Assembly (NCBI GenBank): GCA_023435645.1
Contig: JAEYRK010000053.1
Location: 32,569-96,568 of the forward strand
Source: Bacillota bacterium
Lineage (GTDB): Bacteria; Bacillota; Clostridia; Lachnospirales; Lachnospiraceae
Length of the DNA: 64,000 bases
Reading direction: 5' to 3'
The first letter of the stretch is position 1. The number at the start of each line of letters is the position of its first letter. The notes beneath the pieces were generated by a model that was given only the letters and a program-made list of their open reading frames with translations, was not told the origin of the DNA and made no database searches. A program made the position numbers and the translations under genes. Of this stretch, positions 39,301 through 49,219 are shown one piece after another.

Positions 39301-40867
39301 AGTATTGATTGCAGATGACGAGAGAGTAATCCGGCAGGGTATCATAAAGATTCTGGATCGTAACATAGAGGAAGAACTGGTATTCATTGAAGCCAGAAAC
39401 GGGTTGGAGGCCTTGGAGCTTTCACAGAGGAAATCCCCGGACCTGATTATAACAGATATAAGAATGCCGGGCTGCAGCGGATTGGAATTCATTCAGAAAT
39501 TACGAGAGATCAATGATACGATTTCTATCATCATTCTTTCCGGCTTCGAGGATTTTGAATACGCCAGGGCCGCCCTAAGGCTGGGAGTCAAGGAATATGT
39601 AACGAAGCCCTTTAAATCCGGAGAATTTCTGGAGCTGATCAGATCCTATATCCATGAGATTAAAAGCGAAACTGTTCGCACTAAGGAGATAACATCCCGA
39701 ATCATTGAGAGTAAGCAGATGATCAGCCGAATGAGAAACGAGGTATTAAAGGCATTATTAGTGAGTAATAACAGCAATGATGCCAAGCTTTTGGATGAAA
39801 AACTGAAGGCTTGCGGAGTACTTCTTCAATCGACACTTTATATCTGTGCGGCGGTTCAATATGAAGTAAAGCAAGGGAATAAGGATTACATAGACTTTGC
39901 AATTCAGAATATACTGGAGGAGTATCTGGATACCAACTGTGAATATGATTATATCTATATTGTTCCCCTTGAGATGGGAACGACGGTGATTATATGCGGA
40001 GGACGGGATCAGCTGGAGCTTAGGGAACAACTGAAGGAATTACTGGTAAAGGTAGGGAAGCTCTTTGAAGAATATTATAGTATGAAGGTCTTCACCGGGC
40101 TAGGGGATGTGGTCAGAGATCCCTATCACCTGCACCAATCCATGAAGCACGCCTTAATGGCTGCGGATATGAAGATCTATGAAACCATAGAGTCGATGGA
40201 GGATTATGAACAGATTAAGGATGGTCCTGAGTACAAGCCGGTGGAAATTGAGAAGCTATTAAAGCCGCTGGAGGAAGCAAACCCGATTTTAGTTTCGAAT
40301 GCATTTGATCGGATCATAACCGAGCCAAAATCAAAGAATGCTCTGACCACGATACGGCGGACCTATGAACAATTCAGTGAAATTGTCTATAAGAGGCTGG
40401 AGCATTTACAATATATCAATCCGGAGCTATTGCCGAAGGTGAAAAGCTTCAGCAGCTTCTGGAGCTTTTCCGATATGAAACGAGAGATCAGGGATACGCT
40501 TGGTAAATTACAGGAATCCGGGTTTCTCAACAATAATGAGGCAGTCAACACCAGATTGTTGAACGATATACTGATCTATATTCAGGATCATATTACAGAA
40601 GAATTGGATCTGAACACGGTAGCGGAGCATTTTTCAAGAACACCCGGGTATATCAGCAGCCTGTTTAGCAAGCTTACCAATTCAGGGTTTAATAGTTATA
40701 TAACCAATGAGAGAATTAAGATTGCCAAACGGCTATTAAAGGATTGTACGATACCGATACTGAAAGTGGGAGAATTATGTGGTTATCCGAACCCAAAGTA
40801 TTTTTCGGTGGTATTTCGGAAGGTTACCGGAGAAACTCCGACCTCATATCGGGAGAAAAGAATCTGA
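39293..40867 (+). CDS. Response regulator with AraC-type HTH output (YesN-like)
   Basis: REC domain (VLIADDE..DLIITDIRMPG) and a C-terminal AraC HTH. It overlaps the kinase stop by 8 nt (ATGTTTAA). Confidence 0.92.
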   Translation: MFKVLIADDERVIRQGIIKILDRNIEEELVFIEARNGLEALELSQRKSPDLIITDIRMPGCSGLEFIQKLREINDTISIIILSGFEDFEYARAALRLGVKEYVTKPFKSGEFLELIRSYIHEIKSETVRTKEITSRIIESKQMISRMRNEVLKALLVSNNSNDAKLLDEKLKACGVLLQSTLYICAAVQYEVKQGNKDYIDFAIQNILEEYLDTNCEYDYIYIVPLEMGTTVIICGGRDQLELREQLKELLVKVGKLFEEYYSMKVFTGLGDVVRDPYHLHQSMKHALMAADMKIYETIESMEDYEQIKDGPEYKPVEIEKLLKPLEEANPILVSNAFDRIITEPKSKNALTTIRRTYEQFSEIVYKRLEHLQYINPELLPKVKSFSSFWSFSDMKREIRDTLGKLQESGFLNNNEAVNTRLLNDILIYIQDHITEELDLNTVAEHFSRTPGYISSLFSKLTNSGFNSYITNERIKIAKRLLKDCTIPILKVGELCGYPNPKYFSVVFRKVTGETPTSYREKRI

Positions 40868-41165
40868 AGAAAGCTACTTTATTTCAGATTCATAGCACTG
40901 ATCGAATTGTTGATCTGTTTTATAGTAAGGCGGTATACCATGTACTCTGCAGCTGCTTGCAGTTTATTTTGAGCAGCGATTGCCACAGTCTGATCGGCTG
41001 TCATGCAGATAATACCTGATATACCGCCTACTTATATGTTAATTTTGTAACAAATTAAATATTGAACTTAATCGTAATTATTTGAACCTCTCTACCGGGT
41101 ATGAACCAGCTATAATGACATTAAAGAAACGGACAGCCGGTAAAAGAAAGAGAGAGGTGAGTGTT

Positions 41166-42647
41166 TTGAGCCTATTGGAGATGAAACATATTGAGAAAAG
41201 CTTTGGCAGATCCCAGGTACTTGACCGGGTACATTTTACTTTGAAGGCCGGTACAGTACATGCTTTGATGGGAGAAAACGGAGCTGGTAAATCAACTCTG
41301 ATGAAAATACTTGCGGGAGTCTACAATAAGGATGCGGGTGAGATCTGGCTGGATGGAGAACAGGTAAGTATCAATACACCGTCAGACGCACAGAGACTGG
41401 GAGTAGCCATGATCCATCAGGAGCTATCCTATATTCCGCAAATGACCGTTGCAGAGAATATCTTCCTGGGGAGAGAACCGGGATCGGGATTATTCATTAA
41501 CTACTCCAAAATGTATGAGGATACGAAAAAGCTTCTACAGAGCCTTCAGCTGAAGGTGAAACCAAAGGCGAAAATGGCAGACTTAAAAATTGGGGACCAG
41601 CAGCTGATTGAAATAGCGAAGGCAATTTCCATGGAATCCAAAATCATTATTATGGACGAGCCCACATCAGCCTTATCCGATAAGGAGGTAGAAATCCTGT
41701 TCCGTGTCATTGAAGATCTGAAAAAGCAGGGAAAGGGCATTATCTATATTTCTCATAAAATGGACGAGATTTTCCGTATATCGGATGAGATTACAGTATT
41801 AAGAGATGGACATTATATCAATTCCTGGAAGTCCAGCGAAACAGACAATAATACCCTGATCAAAAACATGGTGGGTCGTGAGCTGAATGAAATTTATCCT
41901 AAGACGGAAACAGTAATCGGCAAAGCAGTTCTGGAGGCAAAAAACCTCACCCACAAAGAATTTTTCAATGATATCAGCTTTGAGCTGAAGGAGGGTGAAA
42001 TTCTTGGTATCGCCGGGTTGGAAGGCGCCGGCAGGACAGAGGTAATGAATGCACTATTCGGTCTTATGAGAATTGAAGCCGGGGAAATTCTCCTTAGGGG
42101 ACAAAGCCTTAAGATAACAGATCCGGAGCATGCAATCAGAAATGGCATCGCCTATGTAACCAATGACCGGAAACGGCAGGGACTGGTGCTTCAGATGAGT
42201 GTTGGGCACAATTCATCCCTGGCTTCTCTCAGGGAATTCACGAAGGGTCTTCTGTTGAATTCCAGAATCGAGAAGGAGCAGGTGAACAATCAGGTAAAAG
42301 CCTTAAAAATCAAGGTCAATACACCAAGACAGCTGGTATCCTCTCTATCCGGAGGAAATCAGCAGAAGGTGGTTTTATCGAAGTGGCTGATGAAAACACC
42401 ACGGATCTTTATCATGGATGAACCCACGAGGGGTATTGACGTCGGAGCGAAGGCTGAGATCTATCGTCTGATGTGCGATTATGTGGCAAAGGGTAATTCC
42501 ATCATAATGATATCCTCAGAGCTGCCTGAGCTAATGGGTATGTCGGACCGGATCCTTGTCATGAGCAATGGATATCTGACGGGAGAATTAAAGCGTGGGG
42601 AGTTTGATCAGGAAACAATTATGAGCTGCGCCTTTGCTAGATTATAA
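41166..42647 (+). CDS. Sugar ABC transporter ATP-binding protein (RbsA/MglA-like, duplicated ABC)
   Basis: LLEMKHIEKSFG..GENGAGKST plus a second ABC domain (LSGGNQQKV). Start is TTG 41166 (GAGAGG SD) or ATG 41181. The ORF-track start 41082 lies upstream of the likely -10. Confidence 0.88.
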   Translation: MSLLEMKHIEKSFGRSQVLDRVHFTLKAGTVHALMGENGAGKSTLMKILAGVYNKDAGEIWLDGEQVSINTPSDAQRLGVAMIHQELSYIPQMTVAENIFLGREPGSGLFINYSKMYEDTKKLLQSLQLKVKPKAKMADLKIGDQQLIEIAKAISMESKIIIMDEPTSALSDKEVEILFRVIEDLKKQGKGIIYISHKMDEIFRISDEITVLRDGHYINSWKSSETDNNTLIKNMVGRELNEIYPKTETVIGKAVLEAKNLTHKEFFNDISFELKEGEILGIAGLEGAGRTEVMNALFGLMRIEAGEILLRGQSLKITDPEHAIRNGIAYVTNDRKRQGLVLQMSVGHNSSLASLREFTKGLLLNSRIEKEQVNNQVKALKIKVNTPRQLVSSLSGGNQQKVVLSKWLMKTPRIFIMDEPTRGIDVGAKAEIYRLMCDYVAKGNSIIMISSELPELMGMSDRILVMSNGYLTGELKRGEFDQETIMSCAFARL

Positions 42648-42666
42648 AGAATGGAGTGAAAAGGGA

Positions 42667-43635
42667 ATGATTAGTATAAAGAATGGAGAGAAGCAGATAG
42701 ATACAAGGAAATTCCTTACTACCTATGCAACCTTTATAGGATTGATTATCCTAGTGATTATTTTTTCAATTATGAAGCCGAAATTTATTTCTCCTGATAA
42801 TCTGCTGAACCTTCTGAGGCAGACATCAATTAACGGATTATTAGCAATCGGCATGACCTTCGTCGTATTAACCGGAGGAATTGACCTTTCGGTTGGTTCC
42901 ATCCTGGGTGCCTCCGGTATGTTTGCAGCTCTGGTGGCTCAGAAGACCACCGGATTACCCTGGTGGCTGGCCGTACTGGCGGGGCTTGGTATCGGATTAC
43001 TGCTAGGTACGATTAATGGAGTAGTGGTAGCCTATTTTAAGGTTCCTGCCTTTATCGCAACCCTCGGTATGATGAGTATCGCCAGAGGAGTTACCTTCAT
43101 GGCGACGGATGCAAGACCGGTGCCGGGGCTAAATGCTCGCTTCTTAACCATCGGCGGTGGAAGCGTCGGTTCCATTCCGATCCCGGTGATTATTTTGGCA
43201 GCAGTGCTGGCAATCTGCTTTGTATTCCTGTATAAGACGAGATACGGCAGGCATGTATATGCAACTGGTGGTAATGAAACAGCAGCCAGGGTATCCGGTA
43301 TTAAGGTTAAGAAGATAAAGATGAGTGCCTATATGGTCGCCGGTGTTTTGGCCGGTCTTGCCGGTATTATATTGACTTCCCGAGTCACCTCCGGTCTGGC
43401 ACAAAGTGGCCAGGGCTATGAAACAGATGCAATCGCAGCTGCTGTAATCGGAGGGAACAGTCTATCCGGCGGAAGGGGTCATCTGTGGGGTACCATTGTA
43501 GGCTTTCTGATCATTGGAGTGCTGAATAACGGATTAGATATGTTGGCTGTATCATCTTACTGGCAGCTGGTCATTAAGGGTGTAATAATTGTTGCGGCAG
43601 TAATGATGGATTCAATGAATGAAGCTAAATCATGA
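42667..43635 (+). CDS. Sugar ABC transporter permease (RbsC-like)
   Basis: About 10 TM helices. GGIDLSVGS and TGGNETAARVSGI motifs typical of ribose-type permeases. Confidence 0.9.
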   Translation: MISIKNGEKQIDTRKFLTTYATFIGLIILVIIFSIMKPKFISPDNLLNLLRQTSINGLLAIGMTFVVLTGGIDLSVGSILGASGMFAALVAQKTTGLPWWLAVLAGLGIGLLLGTINGVVVAYFKVPAFIATLGMMSIARGVTFMATDARPVPGLNARFLTIGGGSVGSIPIPVIILAAVLAICFVFLYKTRYGRHVYATGGNETAARVSGIKVKKIKMSAYMVAGVLAGLAGIILTSRVTSGLAQSGQGYETDAIAAAVIGGNSLSGGRGHLWGTIVGFLIIGVLNNGLDMLAVSSYWQLVIKGVIIVAAVMMDSMNEAKS

Positions 43636-43692
43636 TAAATGATTAGTTCATTATAGACACAATATTACAATTTATTCAGAGGAGGAAATGTT

Positions 43693-44667
43693 ATGAAGTT
43701 ATGGAAAAAGGGTCTCGTAATGGTGTTGGCGGCGGCTGTGGCGATTGGTTCCATTGGCTGTTCCACAAAGGAAGAGAAGAAGGACAGCGCAGGACAGACA
43801 GATAATAAGAAAACGGATGATAAAATCGTTCTCGGAATGACCTTGTACAGTCTTAAAAATGAATTTACTGTAAGACTTGCGAATTCTGCAACAGCAAAAG
43901 CGAAGGAATTGGGTGTTGAAATTAAGATATATGACGGCGATTATGATCCCAGTAATCAGATCAGTCAGATTGAAACCATGATTTCAGACGGTGTGGACGG
44001 TATCATTTTAAATCCCCAGGATGCAGAAGCCCTCGCAGTAGGTGTAGATCGTGCTGTAGCTGCCGGCATTCCGGTAGTAGGTGTCAATACCAGAGTAAAC
44101 AGTGATAAGCTGACCAGCTATGTTGGCTCCAAGGATGTCTATGCAGGCGAGCTGGAGACCCAGTATATGGTAGATTTATTAGGTAATAAATTCAATGCTG
44201 TAATCATCGAGGGTCCTTTGGGACAGTCAGCACAGATTGAAAGACGTCAGGGTATCCAGAATATCCTCGATAAAAATCCCGACATCAACATTATTGCAGA
44301 GAAAACTGCGAACTGGTCAAGAGCCGAGGCTATGACCGTTATGGAAAACTGGCTGAACGCTTTTGATAACATTGATGCAGTGATCGCAGAAAATGATGAG
44401 ATGGCATTGGGTGCAAGAGAAGCCATCAAAGCAAAGGGCCTTGACATTCCCTGCATCGGTGTGGATGGAATTACGGATGCTTTAAATGCAGTAGAGCAGG
44501 GAGATATGGTAGCTTCCATATTCCAGGATGGTGCAGGACAGGGAAGTAAGGCAGTAGAAGTGTTAGTTGAGGCAGTGAAGGGTAATAAGGTAGACAGTGA
44601 ATATTGGATTGACTTTGAATTAGTAACCAAGGATAACGTAGCAGAGTTCAAGAAGAGAGCTCAGTAA
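43693..44667 (+). CDS. Sugar ABC transporter substrate-binding lipoprotein (RbsB-like, periplasmic binding protein type I)
   Basis: Signal peptide with lipobox (AIGSIGCS) and a PBP1 fold sequence. GAGGAGG SD. Confidence 0.9.
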   Translation: MKLWKKGLVMVLAAAVAIGSIGCSTKEEKKDSAGQTDNKKTDDKIVLGMTLYSLKNEFTVRLANSATAKAKELGVEIKIYDGDYDPSNQISQIETMISDGVDGIILNPQDAEALAVGVDRAVAAGIPVVGVNTRVNSDKLTSYVGSKDVYAGELETQYMVDLLGNKFNAVIIEGPLGQSAQIERRQGIQNILDKNPDINIIAEKTANWSRAEAMTVMENWLNAFDNIDAVIAENDEMALGAREAIKAKGLDIPCIGVDGITDALNAVEQGDMVASIFQDGAGQGSKAVEVLVEAVKGNKVDSEYWIDFELVTKDNVAEFKKRAQ

Positions 44668-44701
44668 CATTCAGCTCAGTAATACAGGAAAAGGACAAAA
44701 G

Positions 44702-44736
44702 AAGCTCAGAATGGCCAAAAGGTCATTCTGAGGCTT
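44702..44736 (+). other. Intercistronic stem-loop after the binding-protein gene
   Basis: 9-bp stem CTCAGAATG / CATTCTGAG, extendable with one bulge. No T-tract follows. Confidence 0.5.
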
Positions 44737-44816
44737 ATGCCCGATATGCATATACATAGGAACTAGAAGAGATCGTGAATTCATCAAATAGAACATAACC
44801 ATAAGGAGGTTTCATT

Positions 44817-45584
44817 ATGTTACCATATAGCAAAGTTGATACAGAATTTTCATTACAAGGAAAAACTGCGATTATTACCGGTGGAGCCGCAGGAATCGGC
44901 TATGGAACTGCGAAGTTTTTCGCAGATAAGGGTGCGAATGTATTTCTGGCTGACCTCAATCCCGAGGTAGCAAGCATTGCGAAGGAGCTCTCCGATAGGG
45001 CTAGCGGCCTTGCAGGAGATATTACCAGTGGGGAATACCGCAAGGCTGTAATTGATGGGGCAGTGAAGGAATTCGGACAGGTGGATATTCTGGTAAACTG
45101 CGCCGGAATTGTAGCACTCGATGATGCTGAGGTAATTAGTGAGGATATGTGGGATAAGACGATGGCGATTAACCTGAAGGCTTCCTTCATGATGGCACAG
45201 GCATTCGGCAAGTATCTGATTGACCATAAGCATCCCGGTTCTATCGTAAATATGGCTTCCCAGGCAGGCGTCATTGCTCTGGACAAGCATGTTGCTTATT
45301 GTGCAAGTAAGGGTGCAATCATATCCATGACCCAGGTTATGGCTCTGGAATGGGGAGAATACGGCATCCGCGTGAACTGTGTATCTCCTACGGTGGTACT
45401 TACCGAATTGGGCAAAAAGGCCTGGGCCGGTGAGGTAGGGGAGGCCTTTAAAGCAGAAATGCCCTCCAAGCGTTTTGCTGAGGTGGATGAAGTCGCAGGA
45501 GCGGTTGCCTTCCTCTGCAGCAATGCAGCAGGAATGATTACCGGACATAACCTATTAATTGATGGCGGCTATACGGTTAAATAG
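44817..45584 (+). CDS. SDR-family polyol/sugar dehydrogenase (D-threitol dehydrogenase-like)
   Basis: TGGAAGIG, NCAG and YCASKGA SDR motifs. AAGGAGG SD. Confidence 0.88.
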   Translation: MLPYSKVDTEFSLQGKTAIITGGAAGIGYGTAKFFADKGANVFLADLNPEVASIAKELSDRASGLAGDITSGEYRKAVIDGAVKEFGQVDILVNCAGIVALDDAEVISEDMWDKTMAINLKASFMMAQAFGKYLIDHKHPGSIVNMASQAGVIALDKHVAYCASKGAIISMTQVMALEWGEYGIRVNCVSPTVVLTELGKKAWAGEVGEAFKAEMPSKRFAEVDEVAGAVAFLCSNAAGMITGHNLLIDGGYTVK

Positions 45585-45681
45585 ATCGCTTAAGTCAGCA
45601 GATTGACATATAAGCAACGGAAGGAAAAGCTTTGAATAAAGGGTGCTGCGTTTTGCGGCAGATAAGAATAGGAGGATATAT

Positions 45682-46677
45682 ATGCAGCGAATTTTGAATA
45701 ATCCCGATGATATCGTTGATGAGATGCTGAAAGGCTTTTTGAAAACTCATAGTGACATAGTAGAGAAAACAGAGAATCCCAGAGTGGTAAAGGTAAAGGG
45801 TGCTCCCTATGACCGCGTTGGTGTGGTTACCGGAGGTGGATCCGGGCATAAGCCGGCATTTGTAGGATATCTTGGTGAGAATATGTGTGATGCGGTAGCA
45901 GTTGGAGAGATCTGTTCCTCCCCCACGGCAGCAGCGTTTCTGGATGCCTTTAAAGCAGCCAATGGCGGCAAAGGTGTCGCCTGTCTGTACGGTAATTACT
46001 CCGGTGACAATATGAATGTTAAGATGGCAGTGAAAATGGCAAAGAAGGAAGGCATCGAAGTTAAAACAGTCGTAGCCAATGACGATGTGGCCAGTGCTCC
46101 GAAGGACCAGAGGGAGAAGCGGCGCGGAGTTGCCGGAGAGGTATTGATGTGGAAGGTAGGCGGTGCCAAGGCAGCAACCGGTGCTTCGCTGGATGAGGTA
46201 ATCGCTACTGCCCAGAAGGCAATCGACAATACCAGAAGTGTAGGAATTGGCTTGACCCCCTGTACTCTTCCGGCTGTAGGACATCCGAATTTTGAAATTA
46301 AGGAAGGCACGATGGAGGTGGGAATCGGACACCACGGGGAACCGGGCATCGAAGTAACCGAGCTTGAGACTGCAGCACAGATGGCGAAGCGTATGGTGGA
46401 TATCGTAATTCCGGATTATCCATTCGTGGCAGGAGATGAAGTGGTTGTATTAGTATCCGGTCTTGGGGCTACTCCGGTTATGGAATTGTATGTGTTATTT
46501 GATGAGATAGACCGTCTCTTAGGTGCACAGGGAATTAAAATCCACCGGTCCTATGTGGGTAATTACTTCACCTCCCTGGAGATGATGGGAGCAACCTTAA
46601 CGGTTATGAAGCTTGATGAGGAATTAAAGGAATTGGTGGACATGCCTGCTTATAGTATGGGATTGAAGCAGAAATAG
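45682..46677 (+). CDS. dhaK: Dihydroxyacetone-kinase family, DhaK (substrate-binding) subunit
   Basis: ILNNPDDIVDEMLKG and GGGSGHKPAF motifs. AGGAGG before ATG 45682. Confidence 0.92.
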   Translation: MQRILNNPDDIVDEMLKGFLKTHSDIVEKTENPRVVKVKGAPYDRVGVVTGGGSGHKPAFVGYLGENMCDAVAVGEICSSPTAAAFLDAFKAANGGKGVACLYGNYSGDNMNVKMAVKMAKKEGIEVKTVVANDDVASAPKDQREKRRGVAGEVLMWKVGGAKAATGASLDEVIATAQKAIDNTRSVGIGLTPCTLPAVGHPNFEIKEGTMEVGIGHHGEPGIEVTELETAAQMAKRMVDIVIPDYPFVAGDEVVVLVSGLGATPVMELYVLFDEIDRLLGAQGIKIHRSYVGNYFTSLEMMGATLTVMKLDEELKELVDMPAYSMGLKQK

Positions 46678-46720
46678 GACTTTAACACAGGCTTAAATCA
46701 GTGGAAAGAAGGATTAGTTT

Positions 46721-47362
46721 ATGAGCACATTTTACAATAAGGACGGAAAATCGGTTCTGCTTCATATGGTAAAAGCAATTCAGGAGAATAAGGCTTATCT
46801 GGGCGAGGTTGACGGTTTAATCGGTGATGGCGACCATGGTATGAATATGAATAAAGGATTTTCGGTATTTGAAAGCCGTTTTGCAGATAAGGAGTTTACC
46901 TTTACGGAAGGACTTTGCGAACTGGGAACCATCCTATTCAATGAAATCGGCGGATCCATGGGACCGATCTACGGCACTATTTTAATGGATATGGCAGAAG
47001 CAGGAGAAGACCTGGAGGTAATTAGCCCTAGCGATCTCGGTGTTATGCTGCAGGCTGGACTAATGGGACTTTATGATATCGTAGAAGCTAGGGTAGGAGA
47101 TAAGACCCTGGTAGATACACTGGCACCGGCTACTCAGGCGATCATGGAGGCAGCTGACCAGGGCGTAGAATATAAGGATGCCCTGGAGCGGATGCGTATC
47201 GCAGCTGAGGAGGGCAAGAATACTACGAAGGAGCTGGTTGCTAAATTCGGCCGTTCCAGTCGGTTAGGAGAACGCTCCAGGGGTGTGCTGGATGCAGGTG
47301 CGACCTCCTGCTATATTATCCTAAATGCTATGGCGGAAGGGATACAGTCCGTATTGGCTTAA
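46721..47362 (+). CDS. dhaL: Dihydroxyacetone-kinase family, DhaL (nucleotide-binding) subunit
   Basis: DGLIGDGDHGMNM and GDKTLVD motifs. Confidence 0.92.
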   Translation: MSTFYNKDGKSVLLHMVKAIQENKAYLGEVDGLIGDGDHGMNMNKGFSVFESRFADKEFTFTEGLCELGTILFNEIGGSMGPIYGTILMDMAEAGEDLEVISPSDLGVMLQAGLMGLYDIVEARVGDKTLVDTLAPATQAIMEAADQGVEYKDALERMRIAAEEGKNTTKELVAKFGRSSRLGERSRGVLDAGATSCYIILNAMAEGIQSVLA

Positions 47363-47395
47363 GAAGTATCGGTGAACAGACGGGAGGGTTTTACG

Positions 47396-47863
47396 GTGAG
47401 AATAGCAATTGGCTGTGATGAAGCAGCATATAATTTAAAAGTAATAATCAAGGAGCATCTTGTAACTAAGGGAATTGAGGTTGTCGACTTTGGAGCAGAG
47501 CAGGGGGATATAGTACTTTATCCTGATGTTGCCCAAGCAGTGGCACAGGCAGTGGCGGAGGGTTCATTTGAACGGGCGATTCTGCTTTGTGGAACTGGCA
47601 TTGGAATGGCGATCACAGCAAATAAGGTTCCCGGGATTCGCGCAGCTGTCTGCCATGACCCCTTCTCTGCGGAGCGGGCAAGAAAAAGCAACAATGCCCA
47701 AATCATGTGCCTCGGAGAAAGAGTTGTCGGTGTAGAATTGGCTAAGATCCTGGTGGATACCTGGCTGGCTTCGGAATTCCAGGGTGGAGGATCCACACCC
47801 AAGGTTGAACGAATTATGGAAGTAGAGCAGACCTATTATAAAAAAGCTTGTTCGCAAGATTAA
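47396..47863 (+). CDS. RpiB/LacA/LacB-family sugar-phosphate isomerase
   Basis: RIAIGCDEAAY and LLCGTGIGMAITANK motifs. GTG 47396 lies 7 nt after GGGAGGG. Confidence 0.9.
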   Translation: MRIAIGCDEAAYNLKVIIKEHLVTKGIEVVDFGAEQGDIVLYPDVAQAVAQAVAEGSFERAILLCGTGIGMAITANKVPGIRAAVCHDPFSAERARKSNNAQIMCLGERVVGVELAKILVDTWLASEFQGGGSTPKVERIMEVEQTYYKKACSQD

Positions 47864-47871
47864 GCATTGAA

Positions 47872-47912
47872 AGCAGCCGGGATTTCCATCGGAAATCACC
47901 GGCTGCTATTTT
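47872..47912. terminator. Bidirectional terminator between convergent genes
   Basis: 16-bp stem (AGCAGCCGG+GATTTCC / GGAAATC+CCGGCTGCT) with a 3-nt loop, then ATTTTC. Confidence 0.8.
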
Positions 47913-47965
47913 CATGCACAGAAGTATATGCTATGGAGTCTGCCCCTAGGTGGTCTGTTAATGCG

Positions 47966-49066
47966 TTATTTGGATAACAGGGCAATCTCGTCCAATCTGT
48001 CCATGATCGGCAGATGCTGGGTGCAGAGTTCCTCGCATTGACCACAGCGGATACATTCCGCTGCCTGGGAGACCGGAATACGCCAATGATACTGCAGGCG
48101 ATTGGTAATACTGTTGCCCAAGATCTTTTCATTATAGGCATCCATGAACTTCGGAATATCGATTTCCTGCGGGCAGTAGTTGCAATAGCCACAGCCCGTA
48201 CAGAGATTATTCAGGGCTACACCCTTTCGCTCATATTCTGCATAGATGGCTTCAGCTGAGTGCTCCTCAAGGCCTTCCACAGCTCGTACTGCGTCATCCA
48301 CATGCTGCTTCGTTGTACAGCCTGCTAGGGCGACTGAGATCTCCTTATGGGAGGCTACGAAGCGAAGGGCTGCCTGGGGCACTGTAAGCTTAGTACCCTC
48401 TGCCAGATAGCCAAAGATGTCGGGGTTATTGGGTATTAAGCCGCCTCCCAGGGGATTCATTACGACAATGCCCATGCCCTTTTTATGTGCGGCGGAGATA
48501 CCTGCTTGACGGAAACGGTAATTGAGCGCATTATATCCAATCAGCATACCCTGGAAGGAGTCCGTCTCGATTACCTTCTCCAGGTCAGATCCCTGCATAT
48601 GGGAGGAGAAGGTGATGCTCTTGATCAGACCATCCTTCTTCGCCTGCTCAAAATAGGGATAGAGGATATCATACTGCTTACGGAAGGACTCAAGGTCCAG
48701 AAGACACCATAGATAATAGAAATCCAGGTAATCCACCTTCAGCCGCTTGATAGAATTCTCCAGCCTGCGTCGGAACTCGTCCGCAGTTCCTTTATGATTA
48801 ATCGTTCCCATATTCATCTTAGAGGATATATAAAAGCTGTCCCTGGGAAGCTGTGATAAGGCCATACCGGTGATCTCTTCACTCTTATCCTGACAATAGA
48901 AGGGAGCGCTGTCAAAGAAATTAATTCCCTTCTCATGGGCATAGAGTACGACCTCGGCGCATTTGCCTAAATTACCTGCGCTGATATCCTCATCGTTATA
49001 TCTCATGGTTCCCATACCGACAGCGGATACCTTCCTGCCGGAATTGCCATATTGTTTATAATACAT
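47966..49066 (-). CDS. Aldo/keto reductase with C-terminal 4Fe-4S binding domain
   Basis: AKR N-terminal domain (GMGTMRY, FFDSAPFY) and two Cys clusters (CTGCGYCNYCP, CIRCGQCEELC). Confidence 0.9.
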   Translation of the reverse strand: MYYKQYGNSGRKVSAVGMGTMRYNDEDISAGNLGKCAEVVLYAHEKGINFFDSAPFYCQDKSEEITGMALSQLPRDSFYISSKMNMGTINHKGTADEFRRRLENSIKRLKVDYLDFYYLWCLLDLESFRKQYDILYPYFEQAKKDGLIKSITFSSHMQGSDLEKVIETDSFQGMLIGYNALNYRFRQAGISAAHKKGMGIVVMNPLGGGLIPNNPDIFGYLAEGTKLTVPQAALRFVASHKEISVALAGCTTKQHVDDAVRAVEGLEEHSAEAIYAEYERKGVALNNLCTGCGYCNYCPQEIDIPKFMDAYNEKILGNSITNRLQYHWRIPVSQAAECIRCGQCEELCTQHLPIMDRLDEIALLSK

Positions 49067-49219
49067 GGAAACTCCTCCTTTTTACTTACGTAAGTGCACT
49101 TTAGATGTTATCTAATCGTCTGTAGTATAGCATAATTTGATCCGTCACTCAATGGATTATCCAATCATTTGGCAAAGGGTTTTCGCCATAGGACGATTGG
49201 TAGGAATTCTCTGTTTTAT

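Noticed and set aside
40744-41019. Track ORF of 91 aa overlapping the 3' end of the response-regulator gene and the following intergenic region.
   Set aside because: It is out of frame with the AraC-type regulator, whose HTH continues to 40867. It has no SD, and its distal part covers a hairpin-rich non-coding region.
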